From positions 3,534,001-3,598,000 of the forward strand of contig JAYWIR010000017.1 in NCBI GenBank assembly GCA_036172245.1: DNA of 64,000 nt, given 5' to 3'. This DNA is from Raillietiella orientalis (Eukaryota). Shown here in pieces: positions 1-13,400 of the stretch (position 1 is its first letter; every line of letters begins with the position of its first letter). The position numbers were made by a program, and so were the translations under genes. The notes beneath the pieces are model-generated. The model was given only the letters and a program-made list of their open reading frames with translations, ran no database searches and was not told where the DNA came from.

Positions 1-101
1 ACTCGGGACCCACGACGCACTGAGTCGATTCCTTCGGAGTATTCGAACCCTCGACGCATGGTGCCACGCGCGGAGACCACCGTAACCGGGCGACGCGGGC
101 T
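1..101 (-). mobile_element. tRNA-like SINE, 5' head (runs off the window edge)
   Basis: Reverse complement gcccgcgtcgcccggttacggtggtctccgcgcgtggcaccatgcgtcgagggttcgaatactccgaaggaatcgac...tgcgtcgtgggtcccgagt aligns closely with the head of the copy at 49398; B-box-like GGTTCGAAT. Confidence 0.8.
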
Positions 102-109
102 TGGACAAG

Positions 110-2240
110 TTGTTCTCATAGCATTTCATTTTGAGCACTAATCCGGCTTCAATCTCCAAGCTGCACTTCGGCCATGTCCATTTTGGGATTCACGAGTGCA
201 GGCAAAGTCATGACCGCCTCACTGAATGCATCTGCAAAGTAATTGCTGAGATTTCGGCAATGCGCTACAGACCTCATACTTTTTGGACCATGAAAATTCT
301 CTTCGGAAAACAGGCCACCCACATTCTTTTCCCGCTGAAAAATCTCGCAATAACACCTTCTTAGATGTGCCGTTGATTACGAGCAATCTCTTTTGGAAAG
401 CATGGAGTGGTTTCACATGAGCTCTTGCTGAAAGTTCAGCTGGCTGCTTCGGTTTGAAAAATTTCACAGAGCACGCTGCGTGCTCCGGAGCATGAAATCT
501 TTTTAGAGAAGGCCATGATGGAAATCCTTGAGGAATACAGCCGTGGAAATGCTGTTTCCTCTTTTATTCCAGAGATCACAATGGCTCGAGTATTTCAAAG
601 AATGATCGATAAACTGGGATTCGGGATCTCGAGAACATAAATACGGGAGGAATTTGTTCTCGTGGAGATGTCTGGCTTCTTCAAGGGAGATCATTCCCGA
701 GCATAAGCAAAACATAGTGTTGTCAGGTTTCCAGGAAGGTTTTCGAATTTTCGAATGGAGAGTTCCTCTCCCGTACATAACTTGATCAACGAGCGAGGAA
801 CGAATTGTGGGAGTTGAAAGCGGCGATGCTCGTGAAAAGGGAAGATCTTCGAAAGCAGCGTCTTCCCCGATATGTGTCTTTCCACAAGAAACCCGCGACT
901 GATCCAGAATTTCAAGAACTTGTTAAACGGAGCTAAATTACCAATGCCCCTTATTCACAGGTAAAATTAAAACTAGCTATTTGCTGCTGAAGATGGATAA
1001 CGGCCCTTCAAACTTTTCCGCCTGACATAATAGATAGTTGGCCACTCTTGGAAATAATCGTTTGCCAAAGAGTATTTCGGTCACACCCATCGCGTTGGCA
1101 AGTGTTGGTGAAATGCCTTCGGTCGTGCACCATCTTTGGTCGGACGTACTTCGGGTGTACGAAGTCAGGCAGACATTCGTAAGGAAAACAAAGTGCTGGG
1201 AAGTCACAGGTTTTTTACTTGATTGTGGTTGCATAAGAGTTATTCTGCCGATTTGGAGCTTCATTTTAACTCGGAGACACACGCTGATGTAAGCACAGAA
1301 TGGCTGCACAAAGACACCTTTGGAGTGGTTTCTCAATCCCACTCCGGACTTCTTGCGACGTTTCGGGATGCGGGAATATGCCCTTAGTGTGTGGTACGTT
1401 ATCTTTCTTAGTGGGTCATAAGTTGATCTTCAACACGGAAGAATGAGTGATCCATCCAATAATTATTTCGCATACCCTACGAGACTTTGTCCCTACGAGA
1501 CCTACAATTTCCTTTAATGGTAATCTTGGTGTCACGTATTTGTTATCTCTAACAAATCCTCGGCTGATGTTTCATCCCTCCTCATCAAGGCTGCTGTTTT
1601 TGCTGTCAAGTGCGTCATCGCATCTGAAGCACTGGAATTAAAGGTGAAAAGAGTAAATAGAGAGATTTTGGCAATCATCAGAAATCTTTTCAGATTTGGA
1701 CCCATACACGGATTGTTTCTGGAATCCTGAAATCACTACGAAAGGAATGCTACACAGGTCACAATACCATAAAGACTTTCCAAATATTTATGTTTCTGCA
1801 GAATCCGACATAAGTTTCAAAAACTGGTGAATTCCATCATAGAATGTATTTCCAAAATAATGGACGGCATCTCCCATTTATAATGAGGAACAATCGCCGT
1901 TTAGGAAAAGATTCTGCAGATTCGTGCCACGTCTCCAGATGGATTTCTACGTCACGAGTAATTCGTTGTCTGAATTCGGCATCTGAGTTTATCTGAAATG
2001 GATCAGAATTAAACGAACATCCGAGTTGTCTGGCTTCGGATGGAGTATCCCCAACCACTCGCAGAGGCTATTCTAAAACGTGGATCGAACGTGCTTCCCC
2101 AGAACAAGTTTATACTTTTCAGGACTGTTCTCGTCCTGTAAGCTACGTCTGATCGCGCCTGATGAAAATTTGGTCTCAGGAAATCCGACAGAGCATTCAA
2201 AGCAATCTTGAAGAGCTTCAGATTTCCAGAGAACCTACAC
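110..2240 (-). pseudogene. Degraded coding-like remnant of an unidentified large protein
   Basis: A run of protein-like minus-strand ORF pieces broken by stops and frameshifts (e.g. FLVERHISGKTLLSKIF, LLVINGTSKKVLLRDF). The family is not recognised with confidence. Confidence 0.25.
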
Positions 2241-2244
2241 AGAA

Positions 2245-2265
2245 ATATATATATATATATATATA
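2245..2265. repeat. (AT)n microsatellite
   Basis: Uninterrupted atatat... run. Confidence 0.95.
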
Positions 2266-5200
2266 GCCACGATATGCAAACTGTATTTACATTTCAATCT
2301 TTATTCGTGGATGGAGGAGGATGGAAGTGGTGGTCAAGTCTGGGGCTACTTAATCATGTTCGATCCTAGTCAGCAAAATCAAAAATTTGCTACAGATCGA
2401 TAATAAGTCGCTTGAAGCACGAAATGGGGTTTTTCATATGACCTATGAGTTTACCTAGGATGCTGCACTGTGCATATTGCTAGGCTTCCTTTCTTTCATG
2501 AGATCCACATCCTTGGGCTGCTCGTCTACTGAGCATGCCATCAGCACTTCCCTAGAAAATTTGTTACTGGAGCACTAGAGTCTCGACATTTGCTGCTGTG
2601 AGGATTCTGCACGAATTTTTTGAAAATGAAGAGCACAGAAGAAAACAAATAAGATGCCTCTTGTGCTTTGAGTCACAGCCTTCTCGGACAGAACCAATGC
2701 AAGCGAACTTCATGGCATGGCTAGCGTGTGCTTTTTGCCATATGCGTTTATTGCACAGAAGGCACAGACTGGTTAAAGAGCCAGAGGACGCTGGATTGAC
2801 CTCAGCAGATTTCTTTTTCATCCTCAGAGGATGCTCAGTTTCTTTGCATGTTTTTCGAGTTGTAAGGAATTTTGGATGTTTTTCATTCCCTCTTGAGCCC
2901 GCTCCTCGTACATGCACTTCTTCCTCGCATCTCTTTCTCGTGTCTTCTACATCCACCGAATCTTCCGACGAAAGGCGTTTTGCTCCCATGCTGCAATGCT
3001 GCACTTCTGATTCTGTTTTGGCTTGCTCACGGTTGAATATTCCCATGCGTGGTGATCTTCATCTCATTCTTCCATAAATTAAGAGACTGTTTCCGGGAAA
3101 CAGAGTACACATCTAGGAAGTCAGCTGATGACACTCTACTCGATGTAGATGAATCGATAGCTTCTTCTGGAAAGTCGATGCAGTGAACTTGGGTTTTTTT
3201 TTTTTTTTTTTTATCATTCTATCCGAGATGAGATTGTCGGTGTGGTAGGTATCCATATCTCTCCATTGTGTTGAGCTCAGAGCAACACGGAATCGAAGGT
3301 ATCAGATGGTTCCAGACTCGGATGAGACAACCGGAAGCACGAGCAAATGATCAACCACAGTTTTGGAAACGGTTTCTCTCCGATAACGCTACATCTTTCC
3401 CGACTCACCACCAGCATTCAGCAAAATGTCTTCATTTTCTCCAGACAGGTGAAACAGAAAAGAAAGATTCCAGAGAGCAAAAGGGATGCTGGAACGACGG
3501 TATCCATTCTTATGGAAGCAAACGGAAGTCGATCCCGATTTGTCGGTCTTTAGAAAAGTGATTAATGCTCTCCTGGAGACCATCACTTCGCTAAAAGCAC
3601 GGAGAATCGTCACTTCACAGACTCTCGGCAAAAAAAAAGCAGATATTCAGTTGTGCACGATTCGAGTCTTTCAGGCAGTCTGAAATCCATCGGTGCCACG
3701 TGAGAGGATGCTTAAGACGCGTCCATATGTCCATAGAGATGTTGGAATATTTTTCATTTCTTGAATATCTGGATATCCCTATTTGTGGATAGGGAAGGGT
3801 GCCCATGCTTCAAGCATTTGTTGTCTTCGAAAATTTGGTTTTAAATGGTTGTTTCTTAGTGAACACTGAGGACAATTAAAGAGAATATCCAACATCTGTT
3901 TACTTGTTTTGGAAAAGGAATCTTCTCGAACGCTTTCAGAGGAAGCATCGAGCGACTCGGTTCCATGCATGACAAATGATGCTTTTGATAGTCATCGTAC
4001 GGGTGTATTTTCGTGAATCTCTTGAAGGGTGAGAAGACTGAGAGAGCCATGGAATCTCAAGGATCTTAAGGAATTTGCCGCTGAGCTGCAAACAAGTAAG
4101 GGAATTTCCTGATCTTGTTCTAAACGAGCGTTGCGGTCCCGTTGTGGGCAGAAGCATTCCAGTAAGGTAGCAAATGTGCACCTTACTTACAAAACTTCGA
4201 ATGGAAGGGTTGACACCCGGCGATCCTAAAATTCACTCTGATCTTGCCCACAAGCACGCAACAGCTGGAGCATTTCTCCGATTTTCACATGTTCTGACAA
4301 GCGATGGCCTGTTGTTCCGTTTCACAGGCGTTTTCGGGAGCATTTTGTCAGTCCAGAGCAGAGCAAGTTCGTCCCAAGATCGTTTTCCATCCAATCTAAG
4401 CAGGAAAACTCCATTCGAAACCTCGTCCGAACCGTTTGCAGGCTCATCCTTCAGCAGCCAAGAACAGCCTCGAAAACAAAAGCTCGCTGTAGCTGCTTAT
4501 TCCATCCTTGCATTGAATTTGATACTCGATGGGGCCTGTAGCAGCCTGTTGAGAACCCACGTGCCGAGAAAACATTCGAGCTTGAATCATGCTCTTTCTT
4601 CTACGCATCAATTGCGCTTCCGAATCTTCTTGCCGGAGAGATCAATGGGAACCTGAAACACTTCGAGAACATCAAGTCACTTCAGGTGGCAGCCGATTTT
4701 ATAGTAGCTCATCGATTACACGGAAACAGGCATGCATTTTCCCCCTTCACTTGAAGAAAGGTGTTCTGCCACATGACACCGAATTCTAGAATTCATTGGC
4801 CGAATTCCGAACCGAATGCTAAACCCTAAAGGTTCTGCGACTCTGAGAACTTGCAGTCCTGTCCATGACCAAAGAATGGACGCGCGTTTCTCCTTTCTAA
4901 TAAAAATCACGAGGTCAGTATGCAGGGATTTACATTGTCATTAGATGAGGGTGTCTTTGTTTGCTGCCGTCATCTCTAAGAATCTGTTCTTTTGCTGGAG
5001 AGAAACCCGCCGTTTCCCTGCCTCTTTATGGGTAATTCTGGATGCTGACGTCACGCCGATGCAATCTGCGTCTCAAAGTCATCTGAGAGATTTTCACTTT
5101 TGCTGGTTCCTTCCCCCCTCTCCTCCCCCCTCCTCCTCCTCCTCCTCCTTCGCCCATTTTTCGTGAAAGGCGTTTTTGTCCCACCCGCCAGACTCAGTCT

Positions 5201-6202
5201 TGCAGACAAGTGACGAAAGGTGGGTCAGAATGCCACAGGAGGGTGAATTCGGTGAGGTTCTCTCGGAGTCGTGTGTGTGTTTGCAGCGCGGAAGGGCAGG
5301 TGGCAGCAGGTTCGCGGCAGTCACATAGGACGGGGTTCCTCAGTCAGCAGCATCAGCAGCAGTCTCGATCAGGAAAAACCTCGTGATTTAGCGAGTTGCT
5401 ACGCTGACAGAAACAACAAGCAAAGAAACCTCAGAAATGAATATTCAATGAGCAGAAAGCTATCAGCAGTGAGATGAAAAACAGACCGAAATTTCCGTAA
5501 ATGATTAACGAATTCCCTGCCGAATTGTGTGAAAAAACAAAAAAAAAAAAAAAGGTTGGTGATGGCATAAGGGAGTGATCGAGTGAAAAGAATCCGGCAA
5601 TCCCAAATGAAACAAAAATATCCTGTGGTTAGTACAATTCCGCAAGCAAAAGGTTCATTATCGCTTCCGTGGCAGTTCGAAATCTGGATGCGAGAAAGAA
5701 AATAAGGGAAAAAGGAAAAATGGGAAGCGGATTCCAGTTAAGGGAAAGAACGTTGTCATTGAAACGTGCGTCGTTGCAGAAAATTTTGCAGGCTCTGCCT
5801 CCGTCCCCATTGGTTCCCGACGCTTGACTCGAAGGAAGGCATTCGAAAATCAGGAAAAGGGAATACAGCAGCAACCTCGCCTCTTCATTAAGGAAATCGC
5901 TGCTTGAGGACTTTAAAGAAAGATTTCCCGCTAATCAGAGCCGCTCGCAAGTGTGCGAAAAATCTTCTTTTTTTTCTCTCTCTCTCTCTCCTGTTTCCAG
6001 TGAGACATTTATCAAATGGGAGGCTCTGCATGCAGTGAGGCGATGGCCTACATGGCCGCGCTTCCAGCGGGAAGTCTGCCAGGTCTGAAAAGGGCGAAGG
6101 AACATCGAGTTCCCCTAGGACTTTCTCCCAACCTAGACAAGACTCTTGGGGAAGCGGCAATTTCGGTTGCAGAGCGTCCTTCAAGCTCCGCATGCCACCA
6201 TC

Positions 6203-7271
6203 ACTCGCGCCGGAGGCCGTGTGCATGCTGCGGTGTCTCCGAGCTCCCAGTACCGGGAGTTGCGTGTTCGAATCCCTCCCGGGGTGAATGAGGGTGCGTC
6301 GTGGGTTTCGAGTCTCCCCCTCAATTTGAAGCTGGATTGGTCCAAGGCTTTGGATGCGGCATTGGTGGAAGCCGGAAAACTGGATGTGCCCGCTGACCGG
6401 CCTCCGGGTTTGGAAGTTGAGCCTCCGGGGTCCCTCCAGGAATCAAGGAGTCGACCCCCTCAAGAAGGGACCTTCCATCGCATACCATGGAACTGGTTGA
6501 TACCCCCCTTGGGGAGCTGCATCTCCAGAGTCCAAGAACTCCGCTGCTGCTCCCTTCGGGGAGCGACCCTTCAGAGAAAATTGGGAAGCGTCCCTTCGAG
6601 GCTCCCTTTAGAGGAGGAAACGAGGTTTTCCGGGTTCCCTCCAGAAAGGAAATCCCAGGAGCGGACCCTCTCCGGGCTCTCTTCGGAGAAGAAACGAGAG
6701 GGACACCGTCCAGCTGGCAGTTCGTTTTCCGCGGATAGCGGCCAGAAGGCTCCACCCGGGACCCATTCGAATGAACCCGGCTGGTATCCTGGAAAGGATG
6801 CAGAGGACTCGCTCCAGTGGATCTCTTCCCGACCCCCCCAGAGATTTTTATTTATTCTTATTTACTGTTTTATTTTTCTTCTTGTTTTCTCCTCTTCCCC
6901 TCCACTGCCGAGGCAACTCCCGCCGGTCCGCTTAATGGCGACCCAGCATGTCTGCGGACGAACGGAGTGTGATCGGACAGACCACGTGGGTCCTACCACA
7001 ACTTGTGAGTTTCTTTGCGATTTCAAGAAACGTCCAGGCGCGTCCGGGTAGGAATCGGAGAAGAAACGAAGACCCACCCCCACGAACCAGGAGATCCCTC
7101 TGGAGGGGATATAGAAGAGGTTTCGAGGCTCCGTTTCCGAAAGTGAGAGAAGAAGGGATTCTTTACTCTTCCGGAATCCTTCCTGCATTCACGGGGTGAT
7201 ACCACTGGGGCTGCCCCCCATAACTTGAAGAGTGGCATGCGCCTTCGTGTGGCGTGGACAGCGCCAAAGAA
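6203..7271 (+). mobile_element. tRNA-like SINE, full length, interrupted by a LINE 3' fragment
   Basis: Head ggaggccgtgtg...gtgttcgaatccc...gggtttcgagtc; body with gctccc-ttcg-gggagc (6549-6564); tail ccttcctgcattcacgggg...cttgaagag...tggcgtggacagcgccaaagaa matches the ends of the copies at 27851 and 49398. Confidence 0.8.
6698..7054 (+). mobile_element. 5'-truncated L1/Tx1-like LINE 3' end inserted in the SINE, with a perfect 15-bp TSD
   Basis: Homologous to the ORF2 end and 3'UTR of the copies at 41520-41765 and 32400-32650 (ggtatcctggaaaggatgcagaggac, T-rich UTR). Flanked by identical tcggagaagaaacga at 6683-6697 and 7055-7069. Ends ccaggcgcgtccgggtaggaa. Confidence 0.85.
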
Positions 7272-8316
7272 CTCTGTGAACCCCCTCTAAGGGGGCGGGC
7301 AGTTTTCTTCCGCGCTTGGCGAACCGTTTGGCCTGGCACGAGCGCGCGTGATTGAGGGGATGCGAGGCGCAGAGACGTTTGGATTCGTGTGACTGGCTGC
7401 TCCCGAGCTGGATGGGAAGGGTGACATCGAGGTCAGCTTTTTCCGAGCTGCCCTCCGGATGTTCCGAATTTGCGAACGAGTGGGAAGAGCGTCGGGTGGT
7501 TGCCGCCATGGCGTGGTCCGAGGGGGAGCTATGAAGAGAGTGCGTCACCGACGACAGGATGTCGGAAGGCATTGCGCGGTTTTGTCCTGGAGACTGGAAG
7601 GAGGCTGGGACTCCTGAGCACCACCCATCATCTCCAGGACTCCGTCTTGCATCCGACAACCGAGTCGCCACGCATTTTTCGTAGTACTTTCGCTTCCACG
7701 GCCACCGCCGCCGTGCGTGCGGCGCATGCAACGCGCGCATGGTTCGATCCTCGGCTGCCAAAAGTTCAAGGTGCTGCGGTCTCCATGGATCCTCCCAAAC
7801 TCCCTCCAAATTCTTTAATTCTCCTCGGGCAGCTTAAACCTTGCTTCCACGCCACAAGAATGAAGAAAGGAGAGAGGAGGACCAGCATATGGAAGAGGAG
7901 GCGCGGAGGCTCGTCGCTCCGGAAACGAAGCATCCCCCACGGCCGATCGCTTTCCCCTCCTCGCCGGAGTCGGGCAGAATGAAGCACCGAGATGCATCCG
8001 TCGCGGAGAAATCGAGGGGAGCACGTCGGGATGTTCCAAGATCCTCCCGAAGTTTACCAGCAGCGAGATGCCGAGGTCTGCGGCTGCCAGCGCACAAGTC
8101 GTCGCGACGAGGGAGCGTCCCGAGAGAGCCCTCGGGGTGCGTCGGATCGAGAAAACAGGGAGAGTTTCGGGCTCGTTCCGCGTTCTCGCGAAAAGGCCTC
8201 CCAGGAAGAGGGGGGAGGGGGGAAAAGCTCTCTCTCTCGGAAGAGCTGCGAGGGCACTGCACCCGCGGATCAGGGACGAAGGTCTGAGGGCGCTCCGCAA
8301 CCGAACGAAAACAAGG

Positions 8317-8975
8317 TTCGAACCTGGTCGCGCCGGAACGTTTATTTTGAAGAAAACGACATCCCGGGAACGTTTATCCCATGAAGATAAACCAGTCGGG
8401 AACACGCAGTTCCCAACCTAAAGCAAAAGAAGTTCGGGGGGTGGGAAGCGTTGGGGTTCACCGACACGCAAGTCCGAAAGTCCGGAACGGGAAGGAGAGG
8501 ATAGCAACAAAAAAAAAAAAAAGAACTGGAGGGGTGGGCAAGGGTCTTTGGTGTCACCCCATCTACAATGGGATGAATATATAAGAAAACAACCGGGCAA
8601 GGTCCAGAATAAAAGCGAGTGGGAAATGAAAAAAAACAAAAGGAATAAAGGGAGTGTGTGGACAAGGGTCACCGGTTTCCGCCGTTTCTTCATTTCAAAA
8701 CCGGCGCTGGATGCCGCCGATCTCCTCCTTTACCTCTTCATCCTGGTGAGGCTACCTTGCAGCTACCCTCATGTGGGAGACTCCATCCCGGTGACCCCCC
8801 TTCGCTGGATCGTTTCCAGCACATGGTGGGCCGTGACAATGGAGTGGACACAAACCATCGGTGCGATCACCGTGCCCGTCGAAAGTCCTCCTGGCGCGAA
8901 GAACCGCCTCAGCAGGTTGCGGGCGGCGTTCTCCTGGTGCAGGAGCGCTGACGTCAGCCTCCGCCACAATTCTTG
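8317..8975 (-). mobile_element. 5'-truncated L1/Tx1-like LINE (subfamily B)
   Basis: Minus-strand LWRRLTSALLHQENAARNLLRRFFAPGG aligns with LWWRLATALSHQEDTQRELLRRFFAPSG at ~61000. The 3'UTR ggttgggaac...cccgactggtttat is shared with 34700 and 60420. Terminal aaataaacgttccggcgcgaccagg. Confidence 0.75.
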
Positions 8976-8989
8976 GTCAGCAAATAAGG

Positions 8990-10390
8990 AATGCCAAAAA
9001 AAAAAGGGGGTTTCTAAGGGTGACAACAAATATGCAGAAAGTATCAAGAAGTAGGGAACGGAGGAAAGGGACAACAAATAAATAAAAAAGACGGGAGGAC
9101 GAGGACAGAGATCTTCGGTATGGGACGTTCCTTCTCTTCTAGGAGCGACTCTGGATGATGGCGATCTCCTTGGAGACTTCTTCTGACAGGTGAGATCACC
9201 TTGCTGCTGCCCTCATGAGGGCTGCTGCCATTCTGGTGACCTCTTTTTGCGTACTGGACTCCAACACATGGCAGGCTGTTACCATGGCGCAGATGCAACC
9301 CATCCTTTCGATCACAGCGCCCTTCGTCAGTCCGCTTCCTGTGAGGAAGCGTCACAGAAAGTCCTTAGCAATGGACTGAAACAGACAGGAAGTGCCGACT
9401 CCTCACCGCAAGTGTTCTGGAGCCAGCGCGCATGCGCGCGGTGGATCGTGGCGGGATAGGGGGGAGAAGGGGAGATGGTGGCGCGGTTTCAGCGCAAAGG
9501 TCGCCCTCCGGATCCTCCCCTTCTCGGTCTTTCTCTGTCTTTTCCTCCTTAACCTGCTGGACCAGAGAGTTCCTTCGCAAGCACGTGCGGGCGCGGCGGG
9601 TGAAGAGCAGTGAACGGAGTCCATTCCCCCGCGTGCCCTCCAAAGAGCAAAAGCCTCAGGAATTCCTCCCTCCTTGATCCACTTCCGATTGAGATCTTCA
9701 TTCTCGTCCACAACGAGAAGTGGAAAAAGAGGGAAGCGCGTCGTTCAGGGAGGGGAAGAGAAGAAAAAGAACAAGAGCGCTTTGGGGACACAGAGTGAGG
9801 AAGAGCTTCCGCTCGCCTTGCCTCACTCAGGATCGACTCCCGAAACCAGAATGTTTCTCCGCCGTGCATCCCAGCTCCCGGTGAAAGTTGCTGCTGCATC
9901 GGCGAGAGGGACTGCGAGGAAAAGGGGTCCTTTTTGTCCAGAGAAGTCTCAGCTCCCCTGCTAGAAGAGCGGTCACCTCGAAAGAGTATCTCGCTGATCG
10001 AAGGGACCTCAGTTGGCGGTTTCCAAACCCTCTTTCCCCCTTCCTCCCCCTCTTCCCCGTCGCTTTAATCGCTGGCACCGGTGGCTCGAAGATGGCAAAG
10101 CGCCCCTTTCCCGACTGCTCCACGGACTCATTACAGCTGGTAATGCCATCGAGAGAGAAACTCAGACTCCTCTCCGCCTCCCTCCCCCAACAGAGTCCGC
10201 TCCCATCTTCTTCCGCGGGTTGCCACGTCCGTGCCAGAGAGACTGGAAGCTCTCGCCGCCCCTCCATGCGCGAGGGCGGCTCCCTGGTCCTTCCGACTGA
10301 TGCCAACCTCGCGCAGCAAGCGCCATTCCCCCCATCCGCCGATCACCTGACTTGCGGCAGGCGCCGTCGCTGCCGCCCTGCCAGTCCTGT
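8990..10390 (-). mobile_element. Further LINE ORF2 3' fragment in tandem with its neighbours
   Basis: GCICAMVTACHVLE...RMAAALMRAAAR*SHL (9180-9300) matches the C-terminus of the other copies (…RWPHL…), followed by a T-rich UTR. Extension beyond ~9640 rests only on a GGLG-like motif (KGERGFGNRQL) and is less certain. Confidence 0.6.
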
Positions 10391-10393
10391 TCC

Positions 10394-10430
10394 AAGGATT
10401 GACACCCGGTCACTCCGGGTGTCAATCCTT
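10394..10430. repeat. Perfect 16-bp inverted repeat (hairpin) at the LINE 3' terminus
   Basis: aaggattgacacccgg-tcact-ccgggtgtcaatcctt. Confidence 0.95.
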
Positions 10431-13400
10431 ATTTATTAAGAATTTATTTATTAAGAATAAAACTTGGACGTCGGTGACAAGATGATTGATCTTGATACGT
10501 CACACAAATCTACAAAAAGGAACCTGCTAGGAACCGGCACGCAGGCCAGCAGAGTTCCCTCGGCAGCACAGGGGGAAAGAGAAACAAAGAAAAAGAAAAA
10601 AACAAAACAAAAAAAGCAGTTAAAAAATGGAGGGGGTTCGGGAGGGAATTACTGTGTGCTGCAAGGTGTTCTCTGCATCCTTGTTAGGATACCGGCAAGT
10701 TCCTGTTTTATGGTTCCCAGATGGGGCCATCTTGACGCTGTCCTCATGAAGAGGATAGCAGCAAAATAGATGGCCTCCTGTGGTCCTGGCTTCCTGTGAT
10801 GTTGCTCCATGCAGCCACGGACCTGCCGCGTAGGCAGCAAAATGCTGCTCGGGATGCGGCCGGAGTGAGGGCGTCGCTCGAGAATAGGGCTCTGTTCCAT
10901 GGAAAAGGGGATTTGGAATGGCCACCGCTCCTCCAATCTTGACTGGAGGAGGCAATTCAGAGGACCTGGACAGCTACCTCGAGCAGCATCCGGGCATCGA
11001 GCCACAAAAACCACACTCTGCCTGCAGGAGAGGCGCTACAGGAGCGATGGGTGTCGGAATTGCAGGAGATGCTAGATCTCGGAAGACACCTTCGAGTGCA
11101 TTCTTCGATGTTCCCATTTGGCACCGGATAGCGTTCCGATGGATTCTGTGCATCATAGACAGTGCACTCTGATTGCAGATCTCATTTTCCACGCGAGAAG
11201 GACTCCGAGGGACTCCGGAGATGCGAAAAGTGTGTGGTCCTGAGGAAGGGAGGAGGGAGAGGTCACACCCACGGATTCCGATGCAACGTCCCAGGTGCGT
11301 TTCTCGGAATCGGTCGGATGGGGAGGAAGTGAGTTCGAGTAGCACGCGTCTTGGCATGCCGGAATCGTCCTTAAAAGTGTTTGCGGCACGTGGCCAGCAG
11401 CTTCCAATAAAGCGATCCCAGACGAGGTTTCCATGGCAACTTCGGTTGAAGAAGGCCGCCGTCCTCCACGTTCCGAGAAGGGACGCGCGAGGAACGGAAG
11501 CGGTGCCGTGCAGGCAGGGAGAGAGGTCCTGATTTACCTCACGGCGACGCCATCTGGTGACGAAGGCGCCTACCTTCGTCACCGAGGGGCGCCACCGTCC
11601 GGTCGACCTCGTCGCGGGAATGACGCAAGTCGGGGGCTGGGCGGAGTGCCCCATCCCGGAAGGAGACTTGAGTCAGTGCCTGGAGCGCCGGAATGGCAGC
11701 CGAGTCATCATCGCTCTCGAAGCTTGTTCTTAACCGCGCGGGAAGGTGGGACGAAGGAAGAAAACCCCAAGTGCCAGGAGGTGTGCCTCCCTCTCGCCTC
11801 CAGAAGGCGCATCGGCTTCGGCGCGAGCGCCGAAGAGGAGGAGGGCAGAGAGCACCGACGTGTGTCTCAGGCGGAACGCGCGCTGGGAACGCATCTTGGG
11901 TCGCCGGCCAAGACGGGAACCATCCAACCGAAGCCCTCCCCTTCCCCCGGTGGTGATGAAGAAGGGGAGTGGTCGCGGGCATACGTGGGGACTAGTGGAG
12001 ATTCCCCATGGGGCATTCTCTGTGAGCGCCAAAGTTGAGTGATGACCCGCCGTTCCATCTTGAACCCGGCAAGGGACTACGGAAAGCAAGTTGAGAACGG
12101 CAGCCCGAACAGCTCGAGAACGCGAGCTGCACTCGGGAGAACTTTACGCACATCTCTCCATCTCTCTTCCGGGATGTTGGGATGTACAAGAGGGTGCACG
12201 CAGCTTGTCCGTGGATTTCACCGCGGATCCTGCTGCGCCCGTCCCGTGATCCAGGAGATCTTTCTGCCGCAGCATTCGTTTTCTGAGGGTCTCCTGACTT
12301 TGTTCGGCTTCGCGGTCCCTTACCCTGCTCGTCTCCGGTGGCGCGTGGGAGCAGCGGTGGGGTGGGGGCGTCCGAGAGAGCTGTTACCTCGACGACCCGC
12401 CTAGATGGAACTTGTAGCCTCGTCGATCACGTGGAAGAAGGAACTCGGAGCAAGAGCTGCAGAGGGATCTTCCTTGGCCGGAAACCCTGGCAGCGTCCCC
12501 TCCCGGTGTCCAGAGGTACATGAAACCTGTGGGATTCGTGGAAAGCGGAGAAGAGCACGAGGTCGTCACGAAGTCGTAAACACGGGATCAAGCGGGCTCG
12601 AAGGGCGAGGAGCTGCAGCGGGAGGAAGGAAGGGGGGTGTCACAGGGGCCACCTCGACGACCATCGGAGCCCGAGGGGCATCGGCCCGATTGGTGCCAGC
12701 GGGAGCACGAAGGTCGGACATTCCACGCCCGCCAGCACGTCCGAAGCTGCGACGAGGTCGCATGGGCGACCCCCAGTCAGCGAGGGCGTCCGCACCGCGG
12801 CCAGCACTAACCAGAAGCGCCTTTTCCTAATCTCTGATGCGCACCGGCGACAGATGGCGCGGTGCATGAGAGAGTCCTTCGGGTGGGGCGCTCCCGTGTC
12901 CATCCCGACGGTGCGCTTCTGCCATCCCTTCCCGCTCTCCCGTTCGTTCTCCCCAGGGAGACGGAGGTGCCACTCTGCTCCGCCTCCTTCATCACCTCCC
13001 CCCCCCCCCCAAATCTTCACACGGAGGATCCTCGCGAGGTGGGCTTCCTGCAAGCAGCTCTATCCGGGATGCGAACGAGGCTCCCTTCGGAGTGCTCCCT
13101 CCGAAGAGGGCATCTCGTGACACCACGCTGCGCCCCAATCCCTCGAATGCTGCCCTCCGGCGAGGTGGGCAGACTCCGAAGAGGAGAGTCTGCCACAGTC
13201 AGCGTTGTCACGAGAGATGCCATCTCGTCGGGGACGAACGTATGTAGGATCTAGGATCGGATGTAGGATGCTGTAGGATGCTCCATAGGATGCTGTGAAG
13301 TATGTCCGGAGGACCCCTCGCGACGCGCTCCACGAGGGCGGCTGTCCATTTGGAGGATGCGGCGATGAGATGGATGCTGCGAAGAGAGGGTTGTTACCCT

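Noticed and set aside
6146..7051. 301-aa ORF as a protein-coding gene
   Set aside because: It reads through a SINE body and a LINE 3'UTR; no domain signal.
6698..7054. SINE having a LINE-derived 3' tail as its native end
   Set aside because: The LINE piece is flanked by a 15-bp TSD and the true SINE tail resumes at 7070, so it is an insertion.
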